A stretch of DNA of 64,000 nt from Narcine bancroftii (Eukaryota). The stretch is taken from the NCBI RefSeq assembly GCF_036971445.1, contig NC_091480.1:65968001-66032000 (forward strand), read 5' to 3'. Below are positions 1 to 11,899 of this stretch, piece after piece (positions within the stretch are counted from its first letter, which is position 1; each line of letters opens with the position of its first letter). The position numbers and the translations under genes are program-made. The notes under the pieces were generated by a model that searched no databases, was not told where the DNA came from, and saw only the letters and a list, made by a program, of their open reading frames with translations.

Positions 1-894
1 GCCTTGAGTCACCAACAGCCCATGACTTTGTGTTCTTCAGCCCCAGAGCCCCTCACTAGTCTGCCGCCATGGTCACCGTCCCATCGGCCATCTCTTCTGC
101 TTCTCCTTCTCAGATGAAGGGGTGGTCTCCTTGTTTTCTGGTGCCCTGCACCAGTCCTCTGCTTCCCCAGAGTCTGTAACCCCCCCGGCTCCTGAATGGC
201 CTACTCCTGCTCATTGATCCTGACCTAGAAGGCTGGAGAGACAAAAACAAATTAAAACAGGGAGGAAGTAGCTTGGATCTGTAATTACGGATCTGTAATT
301 AATTTAGAACCAAAGTACATGAGGAACCAATCACAGACAGAGTTTGCATGACACATGAATGGCAAGAATTAGGAGAGATCTGTACTCTGTGTACAGAGAG
401 GAAGGTAATCTTTTGTAGCCTTAAAAGCCTTGGGGCTTGCAAGGAGATGGCGCTAATCTGAAGCCAATCGGTTTGGAGTATCGGTGAACCAAGGTTGCAG
501 TTCAGTGCAAGTTAGGGTTCAGAGAATCAGTGGGCCCACTCCCAGAGGCTTTTCAAAGAGCACTGGAAAACAGGAGGTATGGTCTTGAGATACTCCACCC
601 TCTCAGGTCACACCAGAGCGCATTCAGACCCGCGAGAACGCTCGCTGGTGCGTTGGTGACCCTTATGAAAGGGAAGTGCCTGCACTTCTTGCCCTTTTCT
701 ATCCCCTTGACACTGACCTTGCAGTCCCTGAATGTTCAGTCGGACAAAATTAGTGACTTATTGCCCCCCACCCCCCACAAAGGATTTGGCAAGTGAATGT
801 TCGAAACACAAGAACAAGAAGAAGACTGTTCCCAAAAAAAACCTCCTCTGCATTGTGTGAGATCATTGCTGATCTACCACCTTGTACCCACCTT

Positions 895-1040
895 TCTTAG
901 AATGTAGACCATAGAACACTACGGCCACAATGTTGTGCCGACCTATATATTCCTTCCAAAAAAAACCAAAACCCTTCCTCTATCTTTCTTTCATCCATGT
1001 TCCTGTCTGAGAGTCTCTTAAATGCCCCTAATGTTTCATA
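895..1040 (-). mobile_element. CR1/HER1-like LINE 3' tail fragment
   Basis: Minus-strand ETLGAFKRLSDRNMDERKIEE and the typical 3' tail (catagaacactac... on +). Confidence 0.6.
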
Positions 1041-1782
1041 CCTTTTGGATAGCCATAATCCATCAATCTCAGATCCAAAGTTAACTATTGACATGGCATC
1101 ATCTGCCATTGGCAGAAGAGGACTTCAAACATCTATTATCCTCCTAACCTCATGGTTGAGAAAGTGTGGGCAGTGATTTGAAGTCTACGACCCCCCCACC
1201 CCCCCGACCAAGATCTCAAAAATCCAAACTGAAAGGAAAGGCAGATTGTGAGACCCACGGACTTGCACGTTTACATCGTTTCCCACGCGCTGCTCTAACT
1301 GCCATGAATATTTATTGCTGGCCATGCCAAATGATTCAGCCGACAACTATCCTAAGAAGCAAATGGTAAATGTCTCATTGAATAAACTAGCCCAATGACT
1401 CTGAAATATTTCGATGCAATCAATAAAATCCTCGTTATCTGGAAGTCAAACAACCAGCAAAAAAATTAGGGAAAGTAAAAAATACGGAAGTTCAAAATAG
1501 GCACACCTCGCAGTTAGTTCTCCATTTGCGCAACACACAGTCTCAGGCAACTGGAACACTGGCTTATCTGGCATCTACCAATCCCCATTGGTGCCGGATA
1601 CCAGAGGTTTTACTGTACATGTTAAGAAAAACGTTTTCCCCATTCATCTTGTTTACACAATTCTTGCACAGTATAAATATCATCTACATTTATTATTTAT
1701 CTCTGTTTTAAGCAATAGCTGCAATTGCAAAGCAGGCCATGTGTTTTGCTGAGCTGAGGATCATCTTTGTTTTGCCACCCAG

Positions 1783-4700
1783 GAAATCCGTGATTTGCAA
1801 GCCCAGATCAAGAACACTGCTGTCACTCTGGAAGTTGATACCAGTCGTAACCTTGACCTGAGTAGCATCATCAATGATGTGCGGGCTCAGTATGAAGGAA
1901 TGGTGAAGAAAATGCGCCAAGAAAACATAAGTGTATGTGAGCTGAAGGTAAGACTTGTCCTGTCAATAGGCCATTGGTGAGGACATCTGCTGGAGACCTG
2001 GGATGATTTGGTGGGAATGATCTTGTCGGAAGCCCTGATAGAACCATAGAACAGTATAGCACAGAAACGGGCACCTTCAGACCATCTAGTCTGGCCCGAA
2101 CCATTTTTCTGCCTCGTCCCATTGACAAAGAAAAAGAAAATCGCCAAATTTTTGGATCCTACATAAACACAAATGTTGAATTCCCAAAATAGCTTGGCCT
2201 CTGGTGTAGGGAGGAGGCTCCAGAATATGAATTTGTGGGGTTTTTTTACTAAAAATGTGCAGTCCCATTTCACCCGAATAATTTATCACTAAATCTCACA
2301 AGACGAGAGGACATTCAGCCCATCAGACTTCCGCTAGTTTTAAACCACCTCCCCCCACCCAATCTGAAAAAGAAACATTTTTGGCACAGTTAGTGTAGCA
2401 GTTAGCGCAACACAGCGACCCAGGTTCGAATCCGACACTGTAATGAGTTTGTACGTTCTTCCCATGACCTGCATGGGTTTCCTCTGGGTGTTCTGGTTTC
2501 CTCCCACCCTTCAAAAATGTATGGAGCTTATAGGTCAAGTTGACAAAGATGAGGATGTTGTCTACCGTGATTTATCCTGCAGGACACCTACAACTTATTG
2601 GAGGAAGCCTGCAGTGTAAATCGTACTGGAAAAATCCACTGACGGTCATTCACTCAACTGCACATCCAACCCATGGGGCTGTTGCACTCAGGGACTTGCG
2701 ATCTAAAAAGGCGCCCAGCGTGAACGACCTCACGGGCAGTCATTATGTTAAGTTTTCCCACAATTTTCCCAACTTTGCCATCTAAAAAACATTAATGTTT
2801 CTGTCTCAGTTCAATGACATGAAGAAAAATTCTGGAAAATGTGCAGATGAAATCCGTGTGGTGAAGACTGAGATCTCAGAAATGCAAAGACAAAGTGGAA
2901 GACTGAATTCTGAAATCCAGGCTTTGAAGCAACAAGTAAGATCATTGGAAAATGCTTCTCTCTCTTTTTTGCTGTCTTCTCCTCTATTCACTCCTTAACT
3001 CCCACATGGACTCTCATGATCAGCAAATCCCAATTATCTGACTGCCTCTAATTTAACTGGTGATTTTGAAGGGAGGCCTTGTGATAATTTCAGCTGAGTC
3101 TTGAAATACTACAGCACAGAAACCAGTGGCGTAGCTAGGGGTGGTGCAAGGGGAGCGACTGCTCCCCTGGGCACATTCTTTGGAGGTGGCGCCTTTCTGA
3201 GCTGTGTGCTTGCGGGACTCCTGTGGGGCCCACCGGCGTGTCGCAGGGAAAGTGTTGTTTCCTGGGGGCGTCTTTATGCCATGGAACGCGAGTCATGGCG
3301 AAGCAGTCAGCGGCCCCAACCCAGGACACTCGTCAGGAGGAAAGTGGACACTCGTGCCATAAGTGCTGTTTCTTGGCCGGGATGTTTCAACACGTGAAAC
3401 CAAGACCCCGAAGAAACGTGTTTAATTAAGGTTTTATTCTATACTTTGAACTACATTATTTTAGGTAACTAATCTTTTGTGTGCAGATTAATTTTCTTTG
3501 TGTGCTGATTGGAAAACGTGTGTGTGCGCACACCACACACGGAATAATGGTCGAGGCACCTTTTTTATATGCTCGCTCCCCCTAACGTCAAAACCTGGCT
3601 ATGGCCTGACAGAAAATGATCCTCCTGCATAATTTGTCTGTGCTGACTAAAGTGCCTTCCTGATCCAGTCCCAATTGCCCGTGTTCAACCCTTTCCTATC
3701 CATGAACCAGTTCATATGTCTTTTAAATATGGTCGTACCTGCCTCCATCACTTCTTCTTAAGTATATCCACCACCCTCTTTGCAGAAACCTGCCTCTCCA
3801 TTCCACTTGAAATCTTTTCCCTGTCACTTTGAACCTATGCCCTCTCGTTTTGGGCTCTCCTACCCTGGAGGGAATAAAAGACTGTGGCCATCCACCTTAT
3901 CGATTTGCCTCGTGATTTTATAAACCTCTGGAACCCCCTTTTCTCCAGATAAAAAAGTTCCAGCCTACCCATTCTCTCTTTACAACTTGTGCTCTGCAGT
4001 CCCAGCAACATCCTTGTGAATCTTTTCTGCACCCTTTCTCGCTTACTCACATCCTACTTACTCACATAGTTTGTCAGCCAGAACATCACGCGATATTCCA
4101 GGTGAGTTCCCAGCAACATCTCTTACGTGACATCCCAACTCTGTGTTCAATGCTCCACCCAGTGGAGGCAAGCATGTCCTACAGTTCCTTTGCCACCTGT
4201 CCACCTGTGTCACCACTTCCAGGCAACTAAGTACCTATACCTTTCGGTTTCCTGTTCCACAGTGGTTAGAAGTAAAACACGAAAGTCTGCAGACATGGTG
4301 GTTGGAGTAAAAACATGACGCTGGAGAAACTCAGCAGGTCAAACCGTGTCCTTTATAATACAAAAATAAAGATACATCACCGAAGCTTTGGGCTTGAGCC
4401 CTTCATCGAGGTACTGAAATGTTGGTTATGTAAGACCTTGATAAAGGGCTTCTTCACTGAATTCCACTCCGGCATCTACAGACCAACCGTGCCTTTCTTA
4501 TTGAAATCGTTGATGTATGTGACAAACAATATGAACGGAAAGGATCACTTGGTGAGATGGGGGCAGATCTGTTACCCCTCTTTTCCCAGTTAACATTAAA
4601 ACAAATCAGGCCTGCAGTCTGTCCTGTAGCAAAGATAAAGATACAGAACCAACGTTTCGGGATTGAGCCTTTCATCAAGGTGTGGAAAAATGTTGGCAGG

Positions 4701-7539
4701 TGCCCGAACAAAAGGGTGGGGGTGTGGGAAGTGTGGTTGCAAAGGCAGGAGGTGATAGGTGGAGAAGGGAGGGAGGGGATAGCAACAAGCAAGGGGAGGT
4801 GGGGTGGCTGGGCGAATATAGAGGGAAGGGGGTGGAGAGCTGACGGGGAAGGGAAGAGAGAGGGAAAGATGTATTACTTCCTGCCTTTGCAACCAGGTGT
4901 TCCTCCCCTTTTTATTCAGACGCCTGCCGACATTTTTCCACACCTTGATGAAGGGTTCAAGCTTGAAACGTCGGTGATGTATCTTTATCTTTGCGACATA
5001 AAAAGGACATGTTTGACTTGCTGAGTCCCTCCAGCCTCATGTTTTTAACTGTCACGCTCTGATTTGAGATTCCTAACTGATCTTCATCCTTAACACTTTC
5101 CCAGAGAAATAATGTCGCTTTTCCCCACTGTCCTTTGTGTGAAGACTCGTTTCCTGATCTCGCCCCCTGAACACCTTGGTTCTGATTTTTATCTTGTTCT
5201 ACACTCACCAACCAAAGGAAGTAAGTTCTCCCTATCTCCCAGTTAATCCCCAAGTTGAGGTCTCAGTTCACTTGATACTAAATCACTGTCCGTGCATTGC
5301 AGAAGGAGCAGCTGGAGGCCTCAATTACCGAGGCAGAAGAACGTGGAGGATTGGCTGTCAGTGAAGCCAAGAACCGCATTGCTGAACTGCAGGGTGCCAT
5401 CGAAAAGGCGAACCAAGGAATAATCCGCCAAGTGCGAGAATACCAGGACTTGATGAACACCAAGTTGGCCCTGGACATTGAAATTGCCACTTACAAGAAA
5501 CTGCTTGAAGGGGAAGAGAGCAGGTTTGTACATTTGAGTGTCTCTCAGTGTGCTTTAGGGCAATGAATGAGTCAGTGACAGGTAAACGTATAGCATTAGG
5601 CAGGGGTGGCCAAACTACTGCCCCCCCCACCGGGCCAACTGTAGCCCGTTTCCCATTTTAAGTGGCTCAGTAGGTGAATTTTATAAACAAAGTGGAATAT
5701 GGGCCATTAGAACATTGCCTCTAACAACATCTAGTTTCAACACTAGATGTCTCTGCCATTTTGAACAACTACTAGACCAAATGTTGCAATGTTACTCATC
5801 AATGAAAACGTTTACCTCAGTTCAACATTTCATACAATACCAGAGGCCCCACTGCATAATTTTTATTCACCTGTATACGTCTCCTTTTCAGTAATACTTG
5901 ATCTCATCTTTGATTACAGATTGTCAAAGCCAGTGAATGTGACCCTTCATCAATCAAAAAAAAGTAAGAAAAAATACTCTGTATTTTCAATCAAAAATAA
6001 ATCCAATCTTTTTGTGTAGAAAAGGATCTATTTCAGGTTATGGAAGGCTTGAGGCCTCAACATTTTGTAATGTGGGCAGGGCTGAGCAGACTCGTAAGAA
6101 GGGTCTCTTGAAGTTGGGATGGTGGGTGGGTGTGGTGACAGCGAGATACAATCATTCAAACTTTGCTTCCACCTGCACATTCAGCAAGGTTTTGTTTCAC
6201 GTTCGGAAGATGAATGAGGCGCGGAGAGTAGCAGTGACATCCAGGAGGGAGATATTTCACACATCGATAGGACCAGGACATTATTGATGATCTTCATTTG
6301 TTGTCAACCCAAATAGTGCTTGATAAAAACAAAAGGCTGGATAAACTCGGCAGGTCAAACCATGTCCTTTATATAGCAAAGATAAAAATACTTCACCAAC
6401 GTTTCGGGCTTGAGCCTTTCATCAAGGTGAATAACCTTGATGACCATTCATTACCTTGATGAAGGGCTTAAACACAAAACATTGGTGGTTTCTTTTTTTT
6501 TGCTCCATAAAGAACACTGTTTGACCTGCTGAGTTTCTCCAGCATCGTGCTTTTACTTCAAATGCGGTGTCTGCAGACTTTCATGTTTTACTTCTGCCCT
6601 TGAGAAAGCGTTGGTTAATGACCACCTTGAACAGCTTCAGGTGTGTGGGAAAGCCAGCTCTAAAGTTCTTTTGATGGGACAAAGGCAGTTAAAAGCCCAG
6701 TCCCTATTGGTCGAAAGATTAAAGTCATGATATGCTCTCAAGGCCAGAACTGGAGGTATGCAGAAATCCCAGAGGGTAACGAGGATGGAGAAGATTGGAA
6801 TCTGGGATGGGGGTGAGGTATGTAGGGATTTGAATGCCATGATGAAAATTTTAATCTTGGATGAAATGCTATCCCAGCATCTGTTCAAGAGTCCTGAAAT
6901 TAAGTGGAATAGTTGGCCCTGGCTTTTGAGTATATAGGACCAGAAATCCAGTTCCTTCATCTGTTATACTATGAGTAAATGAATTATCAAAATTATGCTC
7001 CATAAATGAAAGTCACCAACACCAGCCAAATCTACTGAAATATGAAAATCTGCAGGTGCTGTGAATGTAGTGAACACACAGAAATGCTGGAGGAATTCAG
7101 CAGGTCTCACAGCAGACCTTGAAGAAGGCCTCAGGCCCAAAACTTTGGTTAAAGATCTTTACCTCCTATGGTTGCTGCGAGACCTGCTGAGTTCTTCCAG
7201 CATTTCTGTGTTTTAACCAAACAAATCTTAATAGATCCTACAAAGACTGGGCAATGTTTCTCTTTCTGGTATAATAGCAGATCATCAGTATTTGTTGTTG
7301 GCTCAAGGTTCAGTTAATAAATTGGTAGATGTGTGCTGTCCAAAGCAATTATCCATTAACTTTCAGTGATTAAAACATCCATTTGTTTGACAGGCTATTT
7401 GCATCCAGCAATGCAGCTTGAGACTGCGATCCATGGCGGGTTGGAACCAAGTAGTGTATCCAAGTCTCTTATCGTCAAGACAATTGAGACCAAGAATGGG
7501 AAGACACTCTCTGAGTCCTCTATTTTTCAAAGAAGATGA
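1783..7539 (+). CDS. Type II keratin, keratin-8-like, 3' part (exons 5-9; exons 1-4 lie upstream of the window)
   Basis: AG/GT-bounded exons at 1783-1947 (165 bp, [26 protein letters not shown]), 2810-2935 (126), 5303-5523 (221, [21 protein letters not shown]), 5920-5963 (44) and 7394-7539 (tail ...[26 protein letters not shown]). The 165/126/221 sizes are canonical for type II keratins, and the tail resembles the K8 VVKKIETRDGKLVSESS motif. Confidence 0.92.
2382..2537 (+). mobile_element. tRNA-derived V-SINE (HE1-like)
   Basis: A/B-box-like head (ggcacagttagtgtagc...ggttcgaatcc) followed by V-domain core gtttgtacgttcttccc...gggtttcctctgggtgttctggtttcctcccac. Confidence 0.75.
3124..3608. mobile_element. 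hAT-type non-autonomous DNA transposon (MITE)
   Basis: Imperfect TIRs CAGTGGCGTAGCTAGG...CCTGGCTATGGCCTG; 8-bp TSD acagaaac (3116-3123) / acagaaaa (3609-3616). Confidence 0.75.
3610..4262 (-). mobile_element. CR1-like LINE ORF2 3' fragment, degenerate
   Basis: Minus-strand [34 protein letters not shown], the CR1 C-terminal motif. Confidence 0.8.
4268..5050. mobile_element. Penelope-like pseudo-LTR-derived repeats in inverted arrangement
   Basis: gctggagaaactcagcaggtcaaac...gggcttgagcccttcatc and its reverse complement (ccttgatgaagggttcaagcttgaaacg...tttgacttgctgagtccctccagc); same family as the repeat that follows the PLE ORF end at 13518. Confidence 0.65.
4941..4976 (+). ncRNA. Putative minimal type I hammerhead ribozyme (variant core) in a Penelope-derived repeat
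   Basis: CACC-UUGAUGA-agggUUCAAgcuu-GAAACGUC^GGUG: stem I CACC/GGUG, core UGAUGA...GAAA, palindromic ACGU stem III, GUC triplet. Confidence 0.5.
6325..6595. mobile_element. Palindromic Penelope-derived element (two inverted pLTR halves)
   Basis: gctggataaactcggcaggtcaaac...cgggcttgagcctttcatcaagg / ccttgatgaagggctt...gtttgacctgctgagtttctccagc, centred near 6440. Confidence 0.65.
7045..7215. mobile_element. Short palindromic Penelope-derived repeat
   Basis: acacagaaatgctggaggaattcagcaggtctc...gagacctgctgagttcttccagcatttctgtgt inverted arms around ccttgaagaaggcctcaggcccaaaac. Confidence 0.6.
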
Positions 7540-7615
7540 AATACTTGAGTTTTACTAACAGTTGCGTCTAGTCATTTCAATCACTTTGAATGTTTTGCAT
7601 TTCAAGGCTTGTGTG

Positions 7616-7670
7616 AATAAAGGGTTTATGAAGGATTTTATCCCATTCGTGTGACCAAATGTGAAATAAA
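7616..7670 (+). terminator. Polyadenylation signals of the K8-like gene
   Basis: AATAAA at 7616-7621 and 7665-7670, followed by a GT/T-rich tract at ~7686-7710. Confidence 0.65.
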
Positions 7671-7752
7671 GCTCGATAAAACAAAGTGTGTTTGTTTTCT
7701 TGGTTATTTTACAATGAATTAATATCGAAGATTATGCATCTCACTGTCATTT

Positions 7753-7960
7753 GGGCGGTGCAGTTGGTGTAGTGCCATTACAGTGGCAGCAACCCGGGTT
7801 CGAATCCCACACTGTCTGCAAGAAGTTTGTACATTCTCTTCGTGTCTGCGTGGGTTTCCTCCGGGAGTTCCAGTTTCCTCCCACTGTTCCAAAGACTTAG
7901 AGGGTTAATTGGTCACATTGGGCAGCGCCAGCTTGTGGGCCTGTTACTGCGATGAGTCTC
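7753..7960 (+). mobile_element. V-SINE (HE1-like)
   Basis: tRNA-like head with ggttcgaatccc and V-domain gtgtctgcgtgggtttcctccggg...gtttcctcccac. Confidence 0.75.
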
Positions 7961-8319
7961 TATAAATTGCCTTTTTTTTTTAAAAAGGATTGCACATATT
8001 TCAGTCAGTATTTGTGGTGAAACCACTATTGTATATGTGCAATTGATCGTGCATCAATATTCTCTTGTGAACTCCCTGAAAGGAGTAGGTTTGATTCCCT
8101 GTCTGGAGAAGATGCAAAAATAGATTCAAAAAGACAATACAAGGATATAGTTATCAGGAAAAGTTGGATAAGATCTTTGCTCTCTGATGGAAAGTTTTAA
8201 AATGTTCAAAGGGGAGGAAATGGACAGAAATGGAAATATATTACCACTCATGCAGGAAATCAAAAGAGGGTCCTGAAAAGAAATTCTCAGGAAAATTTAT
8301 CCACAGAGTGGTTGGAATT

Positions 8320-8745
8320 AGATTTCGAATTCATTGTCAGATACATACATGACATCACATACAAGCCTGAGATTCTTTTTCCTGCGGGCGAGGTAGAATT
8401 ACCACTTACAGGTAGTGCAAAAAAAACTACACAACGTACACATTTAAATAAATCAAGAACTGTAAACAAACTGCAATACAGAGAGGGAAAAAAAGTGCAA
8501 AAGTGTGAGTCCTTAAATTAGTCCCTGATTGAGTTTGTGGTTGAGTCTGATGGTGGAGGGGGAGCAGCTGTTCCTGAACCTGGTGGGGGCGAGTCTTGTG
8601 GCCCCTAGACCTTTTTCCTGATGGCAGCAGCGTGAACAGCGCGTGTGCTGGGTGGTGTGGACTCAGTTGGCAGTGTTCCCCATAGATGTTCTCGATGGTG
8701 GGGAGGATTTTGCCTGTGATGACCCGGGCTGTATCCACTACGTTT
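8320..8745 (-). mobile_element. Rex1/Babar-like LINE 3' fragment (continues at ~9555-9620 beyond the RTE insertion)
   Basis: Minus-strand TARVITGKILPTIENIY...HPAHALFTLLPSGKRSR; LVGCITIWCG at ~9590-9618. Confidence 0.65.
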
Positions 8746-8753
8746 TGTGGGTT

Positions 8754-9552
8754 ACCAGTTTACCTATCTCGGCTGCACCATTTCATCAGATGCAAGGATC
8801 GACAATGAGATAGACAACAGACTCGCCAAGGCAAATAGCGCCTTTGGAAGACTACACAAAAGAGTCTGGAAAAACAACCAACTGAAAAACCTCACAAAGA
8901 TAAGCGTATACAGAGCCGTTGTCATACCCACACTCCTGTTCGGCTCCGAATCATGGGTCCTCTACCGGCACCACCTACGGCTCCTAGAACGCTTCCACCA
9001 GCGTTGTCTCCGCTCCATCCTCAACATCCATTGGAGCGCTCACACCCCTAACGTCGAGGTACTCGAGATGGCAGAGGTCGACAGCATCGAGTCCACGCTG
9101 CTGAAGATCCAGCTGCGCTGGATGGGTCACGTCTCCAGAATGGAGGACCATCGCCTTCCCAAGATCGTATTATATGGCGAGCTCTCCACTGGCCACCGTG
9201 ACAGAGGTGCACCAAAGAAAAGGTACAAGGACTGCCTAAAGAAATCTCTTGGTGCCTGCCACATTGACCACCGCCAGTGGGCTGATAACGCCTCAAACCG
9301 TGCATCTTGGCGCCTCACAGTTTGGCGGGCAGCAGCCTCCTTTGAAGAAGACCGCAGAGCCCACCTCACTGACAAAAGGCAAAGGAGGAAAAACCCAACA
9401 CCCAACCCCAACCAACCAATTTTCCCTTGCAACCGCTGCAATCGTGTCTGCCTGTCCCGCATCGGACTGGTCAGCCACAAACGAGCCTGCAGCTGACGTG
9501 GACTTTTTACCCCCTCCATAAATCTTCGTCCGCGAAGCCAAGCCAAAGAAAG
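8754..9552 (+). mobile_element. RTE-clade LINE, 5'-truncated, with open ORF C-terminus
   Basis: Uninterrupted ORF FTYLGCTIS...QLRWMGHVSRMEDHRLPK...CNRCNRVCLSRIGLVSHKRACS* (stop 9496); short 3' UTR ending gccaagccaaagaaaga. Confidence 0.9.
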
Positions 9553-9668
9553 ACACTTGGAGGGGGGGGGGGGAGTCTTGGTGTCCCCACACCAGATCGT
9601 GATGCAGCCGACCAGCATGAAGCAGAATGTGAAGACTCACTACAAGACTGAAGACTGTCATTGAAGTC

Positions 9669-9932
9669 TGGCACGGGGGAGCACGGTTAGCTTAGCGGCT
9701 AGTGCATCACCTTTACAGCGGGACTGGGGGTTCAAATCCCATGCTGCGGAGTTTGTACATTTTTTCCCAGTGACTGGGTGGGTTTTCCCTGGAGGCTTCG
9801 GTTTCCTCCCACTGTACAAAATGTACCGGGCTGTGTGGGGGGGGGGGTGGGGGGGTGTAGGTTAATGGGGTGTAAATTGGGCGGCACGGACTTGTGAGCC
9901 GAAAGGGCCTGTTACTGTGCTGTATGTCTACA
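9669..9932 (+). mobile_element. V-SINE (HE1-like)
   Basis: tRNA-like head, V-domain and ccgaaagggcctgttactgtgctgtat tail. Confidence 0.7.
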
Positions 9933-10149
9933 TTTAAAATTGATTTTCAAGTGTAGTTCAAAGCAATTGAAGGGGAACCTTGATAAACATTTGAAGAACG
10001 TGTTGATATGATGGGAGAACTGTCTTGTCACATTGTACCGAGATACAGTGGGAATAATTAGTTCTGTGTTGTATCCAGGCAAGTTAACCTCTATGCAATA
10101 CAAAAGGTAGTACAAGAATAATGTGTTACAATAAAACAAAAGTTAAAGG

Positions 10150-10400
10150 TATCCTCCACCATCAGACTCCTCAACAACAAACTTGATCAGGGATTTTTTT
10201 TAAGGACTCATACTTGTGCACTTTATTGATTTTTTTCCTCTCTGTATTGCACAGTTTGTTTACATTTGTTTACATGTGTATGTTGAGTCAGTTTTTTTGC
10301 ACGACTAATAAGTGGTAATTCTGCCGCGCCTGCAGGAAAAGGAATCTCAGGGTTGTATGTGACATCATGTATGTTCTCTGACAATAAATCTGAAATCTTA
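10150..10400 (+). mobile_element. Rex1-like 3' UTR fragment
   Basis: Reverse-complement similarity to 8320-8560 (cctgcaggaaaaggaatctcagggttgtatgtgac...caataaatctgaaatc). Confidence 0.55.
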
Positions 10401-10562
10401 TAGGGGATCTATTCAAGAGTCTGATGACAGAAGGACAAGAACTATCCTTGAACCTGGAAGTTTATGGGACGAAGGAGAAGAGAGTTTGACTGGGGTGGGA
10501 TGAATCCTTTAATATGTTGGCTGATCTCCTGAGGCAACAAGAGTTGAAGATGGAGTTGAGAG

Positions 10563-11620
10563 AGGTCCCACCTGGGAGGTTAGTCAGGAAGGTTCAGACA
10601 CTAGGTGTTTGTGGTGAAGTAGTGAACTGGATTTGACAATGGCTTGATGGGAGAAGCCAGAGAATAGTAGTGGATGATTGCTTCTCAAACTGGAGGCCTG
10701 TGACTAGTGGTGTGCCTCAGGGATCGGTGCTGGGACCATTGTTGTTTGTCATCTCCATCAATGCACATTTGCAGATGACACTAAGATTAAAGGTGTTGTG
10801 GACAGTGAAGGGTTTCAAAGCTTGTAGAGGAATTTGGACCAGCTGGAGAAATGGGCTGAAAAAATGACAGATGGAATTTAAAGTAGACAAGTGTGAGGTT
10901 TTGCATTTTGAAAGGACATACACGGTGAATGGTCAGGCACTGAAGAGTGCGGTAGAACAGAGGGATCTGGGAACACAGATACATAATTCCCTGAAAAGTG
11001 GCGTCACAAGTGGATAGGGTTGTAAAGAGAGCTTTTGGCGTATTGGCCTTCATAAATCAAAGTATTGAATATTGGAGTTGGGATGTTATGGTATAGACAT
11101 TGGTGAAGCCAAATTTGAAGTATTCCTAACTACAGGAAAGATATCAATAAGATAGAAAGAGAGCAGAAAAGATTTACTAGGAGGTTGCCCGGACTTCAGA
11201 AACTAAGTTACAGGGAAAGGTTAAACAGGTCAGGACTTTATCTCATAGAGCGTAGAAGAATGAGGGGAGATTTGATAGAGATATTTAAAATTATGAGGGG
11301 GGTAGATAGAGTAAATGTAGGTCAGCTTTTTCCACTGAGGGTAGATGATTCAAACCAGAGTACATGGGTTAAGTATGAAAGGGGAAAAGTTTAGGGGGAG
11401 CATGAGGCAGAAGTTCTTCACACAGAGTGGTGGGAGCGTGGAACGAGCTGCCAGCTGAAGTGGTGAATGTGGGCTCAATTTTAAAATTTACAAAGAATTT
11501 GGACAGGATGGGAGGGGTATGGAGGGCCATGGACTTGATGCAGGTCAGTGGGACTAGGGAGAAAAATTTTTCAGCACAGACTAGAAGGGCCGAAGGTGCT
11601 GTACTATTCCATGGTTCTCT
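10563..11620 (+). mobile_element. CR1/HER1-like LINE ORF2 (RT and C-terminus), degenerate
   Basis: [25 protein letters not shown] (tttgcagatgacactaag), LSYRERLNRSGLY...RRMRGDLIEIFKIM, VVGAWNELP. Confidence 0.9.
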
Positions 11621-11899
11621 GGGATGTTGGTTTGCTGTGATAACTTGAGCTGCATTCTTGTGGTCCTGGGCAGAACAGAACCTGCACCAAACTGTGATGC
11701 ATCCAGACACAATACTTTTGAGAATGCATCTGTAAAAATTGGTAAGGAAAGGTTCATGTACTGCATTGGCTTTGGACCTGGTGCTCTACTTAACCCTCAA
11801 TGGACACTGTGTTAAACATACAACAGAAAGGTTTGAGTCATAATTTGAGCTGCCATGAAGTGCTAATTATAGGGGAATTTTTAAACTGAAACTCCAGTT

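Noticed and set aside
2382-2440. tRNA-like sequences (also ~7755 and ~9680)
   Set aside because: SINE heads fused to V-domain cores; no complete cloverleaf.
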